From: a bacterium
GTDB taxonomy: Bacteria > Patescibacteriota > Minisyncoccia > Moranbacterales > UBA9337
Direction of reading: 5' to 3'
Length of the DNA: 64,000 bases
Assembly (NCBI GenBank): GCA_021159185.1
Contig: JAGGSH010000012.1
Location: 1,235-65,234, forward strand
A program made the translations under genes and the position numbers. Below the pieces are notes generated by a model that saw nothing but the letters and a program-made list of their open reading frames with translations, searched no databases and had not been told where the DNA came from. Positions within the stretch are counted from its first letter, which is position 1; each line of letters opens with the position of its first letter. Below are positions 51,602 to 61,680 of the stretch, piece after piece.

Positions 51602-51910
51602 TCAATTACTGATTACCGCGTTCACCTTCTTATAAACCAGCCAGCTGGTAATTATTATTGAAATTATAATTCCCGTTAATAACATCCATGGGGAAGTATT
51701 TAATTTGTCGTCTAATAATTTTCCGCCAAAAGCCAGCAAAACTATGGGAATGGTTATTAGATATCCCAACTCCCAAGCCAAAGAAATAACCGACCATCGC
51801 CTATCTGCTTTCCGCACATCATTCCCGACCTTCCATATGTCATTCCCGACCTGATCGGGAATCTTTCTTTTATTTTTCAAATTTTCTTTTTTCATCTTTA
51901 ACACATTCAA
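51602..51910 (-). CDS. AtpZ/AtpI-family protein (start uncertain; N terminus includes a family A half-element)
   Basis: ELGYLITIP...GKLLDDKLNTSPW; first gene of the atp operon. Confidence 0.8.
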   Translation of the reverse strand: MNVLKMKKENLKNKRKIPDQVGNDIWKVGNDVRKADRRWSVISLAWELGYLITIPIVLLAFGGKLLDDKLNTSPWMLLTGIIISIIITSWLVYKKVNAVISN

Positions 51911-52069
51911 TTCTATCGCCCAATTTTAGAAAAGTCAATAAGAAAAATTGAATTTTCACAGCTTAAATGCCTGGAACTTAAAACTTACAGCACCAAATCA
52001 AATTAATATTATGATATATGATATGTCCTTATGTGGTTATATGGATATATTTTACCGTTTCAATTTTAA

Positions 52070-52972
52070 CTAGATTCCAAAAAAATTTTCGGCATTTTGG
52101 GTGGTTATTTTTTCCACTTCTTCAAAACTGATTCTCTTAATCTCGGCTAATTTTTCAGCAGTGTATTTTACATATGCCGGTTCGTTTCTTTTTCCCCGAA
52201 ATTTTTGGGGCGCTAAAAACGGGCAGTCCGTTTCCAGCATAATTCTTTCCAGCGGAATAATTTTTATTATCTCGGCTATATCTTTTTCCGTTCCCTGAAT
52301 TTCTTTTTTTGTTTTGTAAGTGATATTGCCGGTAAAAGAAAAATGTATGTTTTTATGCTTTAATAATTTCTTGGTGAATTCCAAATCACCGCTATAGCAA
52401 TGAAAAACTAATTTGGTCATCCCGAGCTTGCCGAGGGATCCCGTTCTATTAACACTAGCGATATTATTTCGGGATTCTTCGTTCTCACTCAGAATGGCAT
52501 ACACATCCTCATAAGCGTCCGCCGGATTTTGTTCCGACGCCCGACAATGAATAATAACCGGCAAATTTAATTCTTTCGCCAATTCCAACTGTCCAATAAA
52601 TCCTTCTTTCTGTCTTTTTCTAACCTTTTCAATTCCCCTTGCTCCATACTTCATGCTACATACCACATGATAATAGTCCAATCCGATCTCCCCAATCGCC
52701 ACCACCTTTTTATTCTCCGCTAACTTTCTCAATTTTTCAATTTGAGTTTTGAGCTTTGAGTTTTGAGTTACAAGACTAGTCGGGTGCATTCCGACCGCCG
52801 CGTAAACATTTTCATATTTTTCCGCCAGCTTGACAGACGCCTTGCTCTCTTTCAAATCCGTCCCGATGTTAATTATCTTTTTTACCCCGCTTTGAAAAGC
52901 CCGCGAGATTGCTTCATCGCGGTCTTTATTGAAATTCTTAAAATTCAAATGGGCGTGAGTGTCAATTAACAT
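52070..52972 (-). CDS. tatD: TatD-family hydrolase
   Basis: IDTHAH, GEIGLDY, HCR, HCYSG, ETDCPFL. Confidence 0.93.
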   Translation of the reverse strand: MLIDTHAHLNFKNFNKDRDEAISRAFQSGVKKIINIGTDLKESKASVKLAEKYENVYAAVGMHPTSLVTQNSKLKTQIEKLRKLAENKKVVAIGEIGLDYYHVVCSMKYGARGIEKVRKRQKEGFIGQLELAKELNLPVIIHCRASEQNPADAYEDVYAILSENEESRNNIASVNRTGSLGKLGMTKLVFHCYSGDLEFTKKLLKHKNIHFSFTGNITYKTKKEIQGTEKDIAEIIKIIPLERIMLETDCPFLAPQKFRGKRNEPAYVKYTAEKLAEIKRISFEEVEKITTQNAENFFGI

Positions 52973-53002
52973 AATCTTTAAAATATTCTATACTGTAATC
53001 AA

Positions 53003-53594
53003 CATGATCAATTTTATTAAAAAATCCGAATATTTTCTGCATGAAACAAAGCGTCACGCTTTATTAAAATTTTTAGTCATCGCTCTTATATTTATAGCTT
53101 ATCTGCTATGGTTAATTTTCCATTTTGGCGCAAAATCAGGAATTGAAACAGCCGGGCTCACTTGGTCATTTTTTGTCCTTTGCACTCCTATAGCCGACGC
53201 GGGATTTATTTTGGATTTTCCTATTAGAATTATTTCCGGAATTAAAATGGTAATTTCCGAAAGTATTGTGTGGATTGCCGCTATCTCTTTAAATTTATAT
53301 TTTTTCTTTACTTCTCCCGAAGTTTATCAAAAAACAATCGCGCTTAAATTGTTCAGACATATCCTGGAACAGCCATTCCCTTTTTGGGGAATAATTTTTC
53401 TTTCCTTGCTTGGCACTTTCCTTTCTGTTTATTTTGGAGATGAGTTGATAAATTCTATCAGGCATTCAGACAGAAAAAAACACAAAAAGCATAAACTAAA
53501 ACACCGTTTTATAATTCTTTTATTTTTTGTAGGAGCAATTTTGATTTTCTATAACTTCGCCTTAAAGCAATTGGGAATAAATTTAAACTTCTGA
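53003..53594 (+). CDS. Multi-pass membrane hypothetical protein
   Basis: About five TM helices, WSFFVLCTPIADAG motif; start uncertain. Confidence 0.75.
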
Positions 53595-53674
53595 ATTTAA
53601 TTATGACTGTTCCCATATATCAATATATAGGAATGGTTCTGCCGTTATAATTATCTTTATAAACTTTGTTGCGA

Positions 53675-55204
53675 TTATTTTATTCTTTTAAATAAAACTT
53701 CGTTAAGCCTTTCAGTCTTCAGCGCCTTTTTGATCTTCTCCGCAGTCTCAGACATAAAAGGTTTCAAAAATTCCGCTATTAAACTTAAATCATCAACTAG
53801 TTTCTGTATTACTTTTCTAAACTCCTCTTTTTTACTTTCATCCTTAGCCAATTCCCAAGGTTTAGCATCTTCAATATATTTATTGTCCTCGCGCACAATA
53901 TTCCAAACATAATTCAATGCTTTGTCCAGTTCCAGCTCATCAATTTTTTTTGAAAATTGTTCATTATTTATTGTTTTATGTTTCATATTCCATGTTCCAT
54001 GTTCCATGAGCTTCACTACTCGTGAAATCAGATTTCCCAACCCGTTCGCCAAATCAGCATTGTATTTTTCAACCATTCTTTCCATTGTCATATCAATATC
54101 TTCTCCGAATGATCCCGCGCTCATTAAAAGATAGCGTGTTCCGTCCGTCCCGAATTTTTCCAGCATTTCATCTATACCTATAACATTGCCCAGCGTCTTG
54201 CTCATTTTTTTGCCTTCCGATAAAATATGCCCGTGAACAAATAATTCCCGTGGTAATTCAATTCCGAGATGCAAAAGCATGATCGGCCACATAGTGGCAT
54301 GCATTCTTAAAATATCTTTTCCAATAAGCTGAATATCCGGCGGCCAAAATCCTAGATTCTCCCCCTTTAGAAAAGGGGACCGGGGGGATTTGAAAGATTC
54401 TTTACTTTGTAAAATATTACTTTCATCCACTACATTATTCTTCAAATCCCTCTCTAACTCTCCCTTTTCCAAAGGGAGAGAACCATTCCACCCAACCCCC
54501 GTTAAATAATTCAGAAAAGCATCCACCCAAACATAGGTGGTATAATTTTTATCAAAAGGAAGCGGGATCCCCCAAGAAACATTTTTTCTGGAAATGGAAA
54601 CATCCTGCAATTTCTGTCTTTCCAAAAAAGAAAGGATTTCTCTTTTGTATTTTTCCGGACCAATTTTAAATTCATCGCTTTTTATTTTTTCAGTCAGCTG
54701 TGATTGGACTTCTTCCATTTTCAAAAGATAGCTTTCCTCTTTTATTATTTCCGGTTTAATGTTATGTTCCGGACATTTTCCGTCCACCAAATCGCTTTTA
54801 TTTTTAAACTGTTCGCATCCAACACAATATAATCCTTCATAAGTTCCTTTATAGATCAAGCCTTTATCGTATAACAATTGCAAAACTTTTTGGACTGTTT
54901 CTTTATGCTTTTTGTCAGTGGTGCGGATAAAATTATCGTAGTTTATATTCAACTTCTCGCATAAACTTTTAAATTCTTCCGCGATTTCATCCACGAACTG
55001 CTGAGAATCTTTCCCGGCTTCTTCGGTCTTTTTCTGGATTTTTAATCCATATTCATCCGTTCCCGTAAGCAGAAAAGTTTTTTTACGCTGTTGCCTATTC
55101 CAGCGCGCTAAAATATCCGCCGCCACAGTTGTGTAAGCATGCCCTATATGCGGCTTGGCATTTGCGTAATATATAGGAGTAGTGATATAAAATTTGTTTT
55201 TCAT
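53675..55204 (-). CDS. metG: Methionine--tRNA ligase
   Basis: TTPIYYAN, HIGH, YVWVDA, KMSKT. Confidence 0.96.
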   Translation of the reverse strand: MKNKFYITTPIYYANAKPHIGHAYTTVAADILARWNRQQRKKTFLLTGTDEYGLKIQKKTEEAGKDSQQFVDEIAEEFKSLCEKLNINYDNFIRTTDKKHKETVQKVLQLLYDKGLIYKGTYEGLYCVGCEQFKNKSDLVDGKCPEHNIKPEIIKEESYLLKMEEVQSQLTEKIKSDEFKIGPEKYKREILSFLERQKLQDVSISRKNVSWGIPLPFDKNYTTYVWVDAFLNYLTGVGWNGSLPLEKGELERDLKNNVVDESNILQSKESFKSPRSPFLKGENLGFWPPDIQLIGKDILRMHATMWPIMLLHLGIELPRELFVHGHILSEGKKMSKTLGNVIGIDEMLEKFGTDGTRYLLMSAGSFGEDIDMTMERMVEKYNADLANGLGNLISRVVKLMEHGTWNMKHKTINNEQFSKKIDELELDKALNYVWNIVREDNKYIEDAKPWELAKDESKKEEFRKVIQKLVDDLSLIAEFLKPFMSETAEKIKKALKTERLNEVLFKRIK

Positions 55205-55220
55205 AAAATTTTTAATTTAT

Positions 55221-55880
55221 TTATTGTTTAACGCCTTTAACAATAACCGCGAATTCTCCTCTTACTTTTTCCGGATTATTTTCAAAATATTCCAAAACTT
55301 CTTCGGCGCTTCCGCGAATAATTTCTTCGTGCATCTTTGTCAGTTCCCTCCCGACAATTACTTGAGAATTTTCAAGCGTCTTGAGCGCTTTAAAAATTCT
55401 ATAACGCGACTCAAAAAAAATTACCGGCAAATTACTTTTTTTTGCTTCCTTGAAAAAAGTTTCTCTTCCTTTTTTATGCGGAGGAAATCCTAAAAATACA
55501 AATTTTTGCAGGTTAATCCCGGCGACGCTGATTAAAGCTGGCAACGCTGACACTCCCGGAACGGGAATAACTTCAATATCGTTTTTCACCGCCTCTTCAA
55601 TCAGCTTGCCTCCCGGATCGGAAATTCCCGGAGTTCCCGCGTCCGTCACTAAAGCAATGTTTTGTCCCTTTTTTAGTTTATCAATTAAATAATCTATTCT
55701 TGTTGTTTTGCTGTGCTGATGATAAGATATTAAGGAAGTTTTTATGTCATAATGATTTAACAGTTTCTTAGCCACTCTGGTATCTTCGCAAGCGATTAAA
55801 TCAACTTTTTTAAAAATCTCCAAAGCTCTCAAAGTAATATCTTTGAGATTGCCAATGGGAGTAGCTACTATATATAACAT
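55221..55880 (-). CDS. rsmI: 16S rRNA C1402 2'-O-methyltransferase
   Basis: ATPIGNLKDIT, CEDTR, DAGTPGISDPG, RELTK. Confidence 0.96.
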   Translation of the reverse strand: MLYIVATPIGNLKDITLRALEIFKKVDLIACEDTRVAKKLLNHYDIKTSLISYHQHSKTTRIDYLIDKLKKGQNIALVTDAGTPGISDPGGKLIEEAVKNDIEVIPVPGVSALPALISVAGINLQKFVFLGFPPHKKGRETFFKEAKKSNLPVIFFESRYRIFKALKTLENSQVIVGRELTKMHEEIIRGSAEEVLEYFENNPEKVRGEFAVIVKGVKQ

Positions 55881-56339
55881 ATGATTTTAACAACTCACGC
55901 TCTTGCCGGAGCGGTTATTGGAAAAAATTTAAATAATCCTTGGCTGATTATCGCCCTTGTCATTCCGCTCCACTATATTATGGACCATTTTCGCCATGGC
56001 GAATATTTAAATAAGCAAATGCCTTTTCGCGATAATTACTGGAAAGTCGCATTGGATATTGCTACAGGATTAGGAATAATCGGAGCGGTTATATTTTTTA
56101 AAAACTTTGATTTATGGCAAGTGTTTCTGATTTTACTGGGAGCGTTTTTTTCTATGTTTCCCGATTTACTCACTTTATTGTATTGGAAATTTAATGTTGA
56201 ATTTTTAAAAAAACCTTATCAGCTTCATAAGTGGGTTCATAAATTCCCATCCAATTCTCCGGAAAGCCAATGGAATTTAAGAAATGCCGCAAATGATATT
56301 ATCTTTTCTGTTTTAGCTATTTTCCTTTTGCTAATTTAG
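55881..56339 (+). CDS. Putative membrane metal-dependent hydrolase
   Basis: THALAG, LHYIMDHFRH, FPD motifs. Confidence 0.65.
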   Translation: MILTTHALAGAVIGKNLNNPWLIIALVIPLHYIMDHFRHGEYLNKQMPFRDNYWKVALDIATGLGIIGAVIFFKNFDLWQVFLILLGAFFSMFPDLLTLLYWKFNVEFLKKPYQLHKWVHKFPSNSPESQWNLRNAANDIIFSVLAIFLLLI

Positions 56340-57360
56340 CGTAATCTTTTTTGGCTATTAAATATTCCGCGATAACTCCGATAGCCGTAGCTGTCGGAAC
56401 CGCCAAAATAGCTCCCAGCACTCCCGCCACTTTTACTCCGATTAAAAGCGCCAAAATAACAGCCACTGGATTAAGCCCGACGGCTTTTTTCATTATCTGG
56501 GGAGTTATGATATGATTTTCAGCTTGTTGAATCAGGATATAAAATAACAGCACTAATAATCCCTTGGCGGGAGAAATTAAAAATCCAACCAGCGTCGCCA
56601 GAATGGTCGCGATAATGGGACCTAAGTAAGGAATAATTTCCAACAATCCTCCTATTATAGCCAATATTAAAGCATAAGGGACACCTATCAAATACAGCGC
56701 TATAAAATCAAGAATAAAAATAACAAACATCAGAAATAACTGCCCCACCATCCATCTTCCTATTTTAGCTTTTATTTTTTCCGCCACGGAAACAACCTGT
56801 TTTTTGTATCCGCCGGGAGTAATTGATTTTAGAAATTTCTCCATCCCTTTCTCTTTCACGGACATATAAAAAGCCACCGAGAAAATTACAACAAAGGAAA
56901 GAAAACCTGAAAAAACTCCCACCGTCGTAGAAAATATTTTGGCCGAAGACTGGCTCAAGCTTTCGCTCAAATTTTCCAAAAAATTCTGGGTGTTAAAATT
57001 AAACCCTTGCGATTCCGTAAAGTTTTTAACTCTGCTGAAAGCGCCGGCTACTTTCTCAGAATAAGCAGGAAGATCTTGGGAAAAATCTTTAAACTGGGAA
57101 ATTAGAGCTGGAGCCAAAAATGAAGCCGAAATCCCCAAGATTAAAAACAGAACAATATAAACTGTTAAAACGGATAGCGATCTGGGAATTTTTCTCCCTT
57201 GCAGCCAATTGACCGACGGCTCTATGGCCGCCATAACTAAAATAGCCACAAAAAACAGCGCGATAACATCTCGAATTAGATACAAAAACCACAGCCCCAA
57301 AAAAACGGCCGCCACTTTTAAAATTATTCCCGTGGAAATATTAACTGTTCTTTTTTCCAT
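56317..57360 (-). CDS. AI-2E family transporter
   Basis: IPYLGP, QQAENHIITP, GAILAVP. Confidence 0.92.
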   Translation of the reverse strand: MEKRTVNISTGIILKVAAVFLGLWFLYLIRDVIALFFVAILVMAAIEPSVNWLQGRKIPRSLSVLTVYIVLFLILGISASFLAPALISQFKDFSQDLPAYSEKVAGAFSRVKNFTESQGFNFNTQNFLENLSESLSQSSAKIFSTTVGVFSGFLSFVVIFSVAFYMSVKEKGMEKFLKSITPGGYKKQVVSVAEKIKAKIGRWMVGQLFLMFVIFILDFIALYLIGVPYALILAIIGGLLEIIPYLGPIIATILATLVGFLISPAKGLLVLLFYILIQQAENHIITPQIMKKAVGLNPVAVILALLIGVKVAGVLGAILAVPTATAIGVIAEYLIAKKDYAKLAKGK

Positions 57361-57371
57361 AAACTATTTTA

Positions 57372-57493
57372 TTAAAATCAAAATTTCAAAGCTCAAATTT
57401 CAAATCAAGCTCAAAATCTAAAAACTTAAAAAAATAAATTTGGATTTTGGATTTGATTTGGAGCAATTTGGATTTTGTAATTTGGATTTTTGG
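57372..57493. repeat. Family H heptamer hairpin (empty)
   Basis: Shares 26 nt exactly (ttcaaagctcaaatttcaaatcaagc) with 10510-10535. Confidence 0.85.
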
Positions 57494-57526
57494 AACTTGC
57501 GAAATATAATAATAATTTACAACAAA

Positions 57527-58795
57527 CTATGGTTTCATCAACTTCCCCAACTTCTTCCCATCCTTATGCGGTCCAATCACCGCCAGATTTAATTTTTCGG
57601 ATTTAAAAATATCCCAAGATACTCTTAAAACATCTTCCGCGGTCACCTTATCAATCTTTTTAAAAAATTCTGTCATAGACATTATTTTTTTCTCTTTCAC
57701 TTCTTGGTCTATGAAAAACATAGCCACTTCGTCCGATGATTCAAATCTCATTACGCCCTTGCCTTTGATATAGTCTTTGGCTTTTTGCAATTCTTTCTCG
57801 CCCACTTTTTTAGAAGCGATTTTTTTATATTCCTTGAGAATAATTTCCACGGTTTTTTCCAAATTTTTATGTTCCACGCCCGCTTGAGTGGCCAGATAGC
57901 CGCAGTCGCGATAAGCTTCCACTCCCGTCTTTACGGAGTAAGCCAATCCGCGCCGCTCCCGCACTTCAATAAACAACCGGCTGCTCATATTGCCGCCCAG
58001 AATTACCGCCATAACGGAAAGCGCGAATCTATCTTTATGGTTATAATCATACGCTCTCATTCCCAAAACCAAATGAGTTTGGTCGGTTTTTTTATATTTT
58101 AATTTAATTTCAGGCCTCAACTGTTTCTCCGCCACTTTTTGAAATCCGGGTTTTTGTTTATTTTCCATTTCTGAAAAATATTTTTTAATCTGGTTTATTA
58201 TTTTCTCCTCGTTGAATTTTCCGGCTACACAAACAACGGAATTATTAGCCGCATAAAAACGCTTCATATAATCGATAAAATCTTTTCTCTTGAACGCTTT
58301 TATGGTTTTTTTATAGCCGATAATGTCCCGCCCCAGCGGACTTTTTTTATAAAGCAAGTTTTCAAACACATCACTCACAACTCTCATAGGCGTGTCTTCA
58401 TACATACTCAGTTCTTGCAAAATAGTTCCCCTTTCCCGTTCAATTTCTTTCGCGGCTATTTTTGAGTTTAGATACATATCGGAAATTACATCCAGCGCAA
58501 CTTCAAAATGCTTGCAATCAACTTTGGCGTAATAAGCGGTTGTGTCTTTCCCCGTGAAAGCGTTGAATTCTCCGCCGATGGAATCCAGTTCCTCGGAAAT
58601 AGCCAAAGTATTCGGACGCTTTTTGGTTCCTTTAAAAAACATATGCTCAATGAAATGAGAAAGTCCCGCTTCCTTCTCCGTTTCGTAACGAGAGCCCACG
58701 CCCGCCATAACCATCACTGTGGCGGTTTCCGTTCCTTTCATCGGAACGGTAATCACCCGCAGACCATTTTTTAGTTCAGTTTTTTTATAATTCAT
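57527..58795 (-). CDS. M16 (pitrilysin-family) peptidase
   Basis: HFIEH inverted zinc motif, NAFT, SSRLF.EVRERRGLAY. Confidence 0.93.
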   Translation of the reverse strand: MNYKKTELKNGLRVITVPMKGTETATVMVMAGVGSRYETEKEAGLSHFIEHMFFKGTKKRPNTLAISEELDSIGGEFNAFTGKDTTAYYAKVDCKHFEVALDVISDMYLNSKIAAKEIERERGTILQELSMYEDTPMRVVSDVFENLLYKKSPLGRDIIGYKKTIKAFKRKDFIDYMKRFYAANNSVVCVAGKFNEEKIINQIKKYFSEMENKQKPGFQKVAEKQLRPEIKLKYKKTDQTHLVLGMRAYDYNHKDRFALSVMAVILGGNMSSRLFIEVRERRGLAYSVKTGVEAYRDCGYLATQAGVEHKNLEKTVEIILKEYKKIASKKVGEKELQKAKDYIKGKGVMRFESSDEVAMFFIDQEVKEKKIMSMTEFFKKIDKVTAEDVLRVSWDIFKSEKLNLAVIGPHKDGKKLGKLMKP

Positions 58796-58891
58796 AATTT
58801 GTTTCTGCTTATTCTAATTAACCCCGAACAGGGAATAATTTCTATTTTAATTAAAATTTTTAAGATTTTTAAGTAATTCGGGAATCCTAAC

Positions 58892-59203
58892 TCAACAGTT
58901 ATTTTCCTTTCTATATTCAACTCTTTTCCGATAAAGCTTTTCCGTAAAACCGCCTTCTTGCTCATGCTTCTTTTCCAAAGCTTTAATTTGTTTGTGCAAC
59001 AGATAAGTCGCCTGATGGCAAAGCGTCAAAAGCCAATTAGCGGCAATTTCCGGTTTTCCGCTCCGCGCCGCTCCGGTCATTTGCTCTTTTAATTTCCAAC
59101 TTTTAATCCATTGCTCGCAAAATTTTACGGTGTGGTCGTAAATCAAAACTGAAAACCAATAAGTATAGAGTTTTTTGTAGAGTTGCTGGTTCATCTTATT
59201 CAA
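58892..59203 (-). pseudogene. Four-helix-bundle suffix-domain protein, apparently internally deleted
   Basis: QMTGAARSGK joined directly to PEIAAN...HQATYLL...EGGFTEKLY. Confidence 0.6.
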
Positions 59204-59242
59204 GACTTAAGATCCTTAGGTAACTTAAGTAACTTAAGTTAC

Positions 59243-60658
59243 TTAACTATTCAGTTTCTCGCTCAACCACGTTTTTAGCCCTTCTGCTTTCACCCTCTCC
59301 TGCTTCATCGTATCCCGATCCCGAACTGTCACTGTTCCGTCTTTTAAAGTTTCAAAATCCACCGTAATACAGTAAGGTGTACCGATTTCGTCTTGGCGAC
59401 GGTAGCGTTTGCCGATGTTGCCGTTGTCGTCAAACTCGCACATATATTGCGATTTTAAATTTTCGTAAATTTCGCGCGCTTTCTTTACCAACTCCGGTTT
59501 GTTTTTAAGCAAAGGAAAGATAGCCGCTTTAATCGGCGCCAAATTTTTCGGAAATTTCATTACCGTCCGCTCACTGCCATCCTCTAATTTCTCTTTCGTA
59601 ATTGCGTCCGTAATTACGGCCAGAAAAGTACGATCTACTCCCACGGATGTTTCCACAATATGCGGAATGTATTTTTCATTGGTTTGCGGATCGCGATAAG
59701 ATAAGTCCTTGTCCGAGAATTTTGAATGCTGTTTTAAGTCGTAATCCGCGCGATAATGCACGCCTTCCAATTCTTTAAAACCAAACGGAAACTTATATTC
59801 AATATCCCAGGCCGCTTTGGCATAAAAAACCAAATTCTCGTGCTTATGCCATCTTAAATTTTCTTTTTTAATTCCAAGATCTATGTAAAACTGCCAGCGC
59901 CGTTCCCGCCACTCTTCATAACTTTTCATCGCTTCATCCGAATGGACGAAAAATTGCATCTCCATTTGTTCAAATTCCCGTTTGCGGAAAATGAACTGGC
60001 GCGCCGTAATTTCATTTCTGAAAGCCTTTCCAATTTGCGCGATTCCAAACGGCACTTTCACCCGCGTAGAATCCAGAACATTTTTAAAGTTGACATAAAT
60101 CCCTTGGCAAGTTTCCCCCCGCAGATAAACCGGATTCTTACTCCAATCACCCGTAAAATTTCCCAAATTGGATTGCACTAAAAGATTAAATTCTTTGGCC
60201 TCGGAAAAATCACTGTCCCCGCATTTCGGGCATTTTAATTTTTCTCTATTTTCTTTCAGCAATTTATTTATTTCTTCCTCGCTCATTTTTTCGTCCGCGA
60301 AAACTCCCGCTTCTTCCAAAAGATGATCCACTCTCACTCTGGTGTGGCATTTTTTGCATTCCGCCAAGGGATCGGAAAATCCGCTGATATGCCCTGACGC
60401 TTCCCAAACTTTCGGATGCATAAAAATACTAGAATCCAGTCCCACGATGTTTTCATTCTCTTGCACCATCGCTTTCCACCACGCCGATTTTATATTATTA
60501 GCCAGCTCCGCGCCGTAAGGCCCGTAATCATAAACGGCCGAAAATCCTCCGTAAATTTCCGAAGACGAAAAAACAAAGCCTCGCCTCTTGCAAAGAGCTG
60601 CAATTTCTTCCATTAAATCCTTGTCCCGTAAATTATTTTTGTCTTGTTTTTGAGACAT
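59243..60658 (-). CDS. glyQS: Glycine--tRNA ligase (alpha2 type)
   Basis: LCKRRGF, LRGETCQG, FRNEIT, IGKRYRRQDEIGTP. Confidence 0.96.
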   Translation of the reverse strand: MSQKQDKNNLRDKDLMEEIAALCKRRGFVFSSSEIYGGFSAVYDYGPYGAELANNIKSAWWKAMVQENENIVGLDSSIFMHPKVWEASGHISGFSDPLAECKKCHTRVRVDHLLEEAGVFADEKMSEEEINKLLKENREKLKCPKCGDSDFSEAKEFNLLVQSNLGNFTGDWSKNPVYLRGETCQGIYVNFKNVLDSTRVKVPFGIAQIGKAFRNEITARQFIFRKREFEQMEMQFFVHSDEAMKSYEEWRERRWQFYIDLGIKKENLRWHKHENLVFYAKAAWDIEYKFPFGFKELEGVHYRADYDLKQHSKFSDKDLSYRDPQTNEKYIPHIVETSVGVDRTFLAVITDAITKEKLEDGSERTVMKFPKNLAPIKAAIFPLLKNKPELVKKAREIYENLKSQYMCEFDDNGNIGKRYRRQDEIGTPYCITVDFETLKDGTVTVRDRDTMKQERVKAEGLKTWLSEKLNS

Positions 60659-60784
60659 AATTAAAAAAATAGTTAGAAACTGTTTTTTTAATGATAACTC
60701 TTTTTATCCTTATTTACAAATAATATACTGTGTTTATCAGCCACACTTAGAAATGTTAATTTATATCATATCATACTCACTCTA

Positions 60785-60819
60785 AATACATTATCTCGCG
60801 ATCGCGGTAAATTGTATTT
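60785..60819. repeat. 35-bp palindromic direct repeat copy 1
   Basis: AATACATTATCTCGCGATCGCGGTAAATTGTATTT. Confidence 0.92.
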
Positions 60820-60868
60820 CTTTAAAAAATATCTTGCAGGAAATATCTTATAGGAAATCACAGCTAAC

Positions 60869-61477
60869 CTACTTATTTTTCATATCATAAACTCTGTCAA
60901 CTAGCAAATAATTCACATAATTTACCATTTTTCTTTTCTTAATTTCTTTTATTAAATCCACTGTTAATGGAAACTTACTCACAAAAACACTTTTCTGAAG
61001 CTGTTTATAGCTTAATAAATAAAGTTCGCTCCTTAACCAGTCCCGCTCCTTCCTTATTTTTTCAGGAATATCAAATATTACTACTCTGTATTTTTTATCC
61101 CACTTTTGTTTTAAGATTTTTTTACGCCTCAATACATAGTTTACTAATTTTTTGCCTTTTTCTGTTATAGAATAAGTGCTTCCGTTCTTTTCCACAAATC
61201 CCTGTTTTTGTAATCTTCTAATACTTTGTTTTATGGTGTTTTTTTCAAATTTTTTCTTTTTTAGCTTGTCTGGCTGTAAAATATCGAAGTTTCCGCTTGG
61301 CAAATCAGCGTAGTAAGAAGGTTTAAGAAAAGTTTCTATAGTGGCTTCACCCAAAAAAAGCAATAAAGAAAAAGACCAAGCGCTTGCGTCAAGTGAACCT
61401 TTTATAATATTTCGAGCTAATTTTTTTGAATATTTAGCTACCTTTTTATTTTTATTTTTATTTTTATTTTTATTCAT
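60869..61477 (-). CDS. PaaX-like wHTH plus Cas2-like (ferredoxin-fold) domain protein
   Basis: SIRRLQKQGFV...ITEKG wHTH; WDKKYRVVIFDIPE...LQKSVF. Confidence 0.8.
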   Translation of the reverse strand: MNKNKNKNKNKKVAKYSKKLARNIIKGSLDASAWSFSLLLFLGEATIETFLKPSYYADLPSGNFDILQPDKLKKKKFEKNTIKQSIRRLQKQGFVEKNGSTYSITEKGKKLVNYVLRRKKILKQKWDKKYRVVIFDIPEKIRKERDWLRSELYLLSYKQLQKSVFVSKFPLTVDLIKEIKKRKMVNYVNYLLVDRVYDMKNK

Positions 61478-61511
61478 TTATATATCTTATAAATTGCAAG
61501 CACATATAAAT

Positions 61512-61546
61512 AATACATTATCTCGCGATCGCGGTAAACTGTATTT
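61512..61546. repeat. 35-bp palindromic direct repeat copy 2
   Basis: AATACATTATCTCGCGATCGCGGTAAACTGTATTT, one mismatch to copy 1. Confidence 0.92.
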
Positions 61547-61680
61547 AAGGACTGTGTCTGAGAATTATGTAAATATGAGATTATAACAATGCGAAAATAT
61601 GAAAATATGATTAAAACAGTTAAACTAACTACGATAATTAAAATGATTGGAAGTAGGATGAATTTTTAAAGAATACTTCA

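Noticed and set aside
60785-61546. CRISPR array suggested by 35-bp palindromic repeats next to a Cas2-like gene
   Set aside because: Only two repeats separated by 692 bp, no spacer-sized units and no cas1 or effector genes
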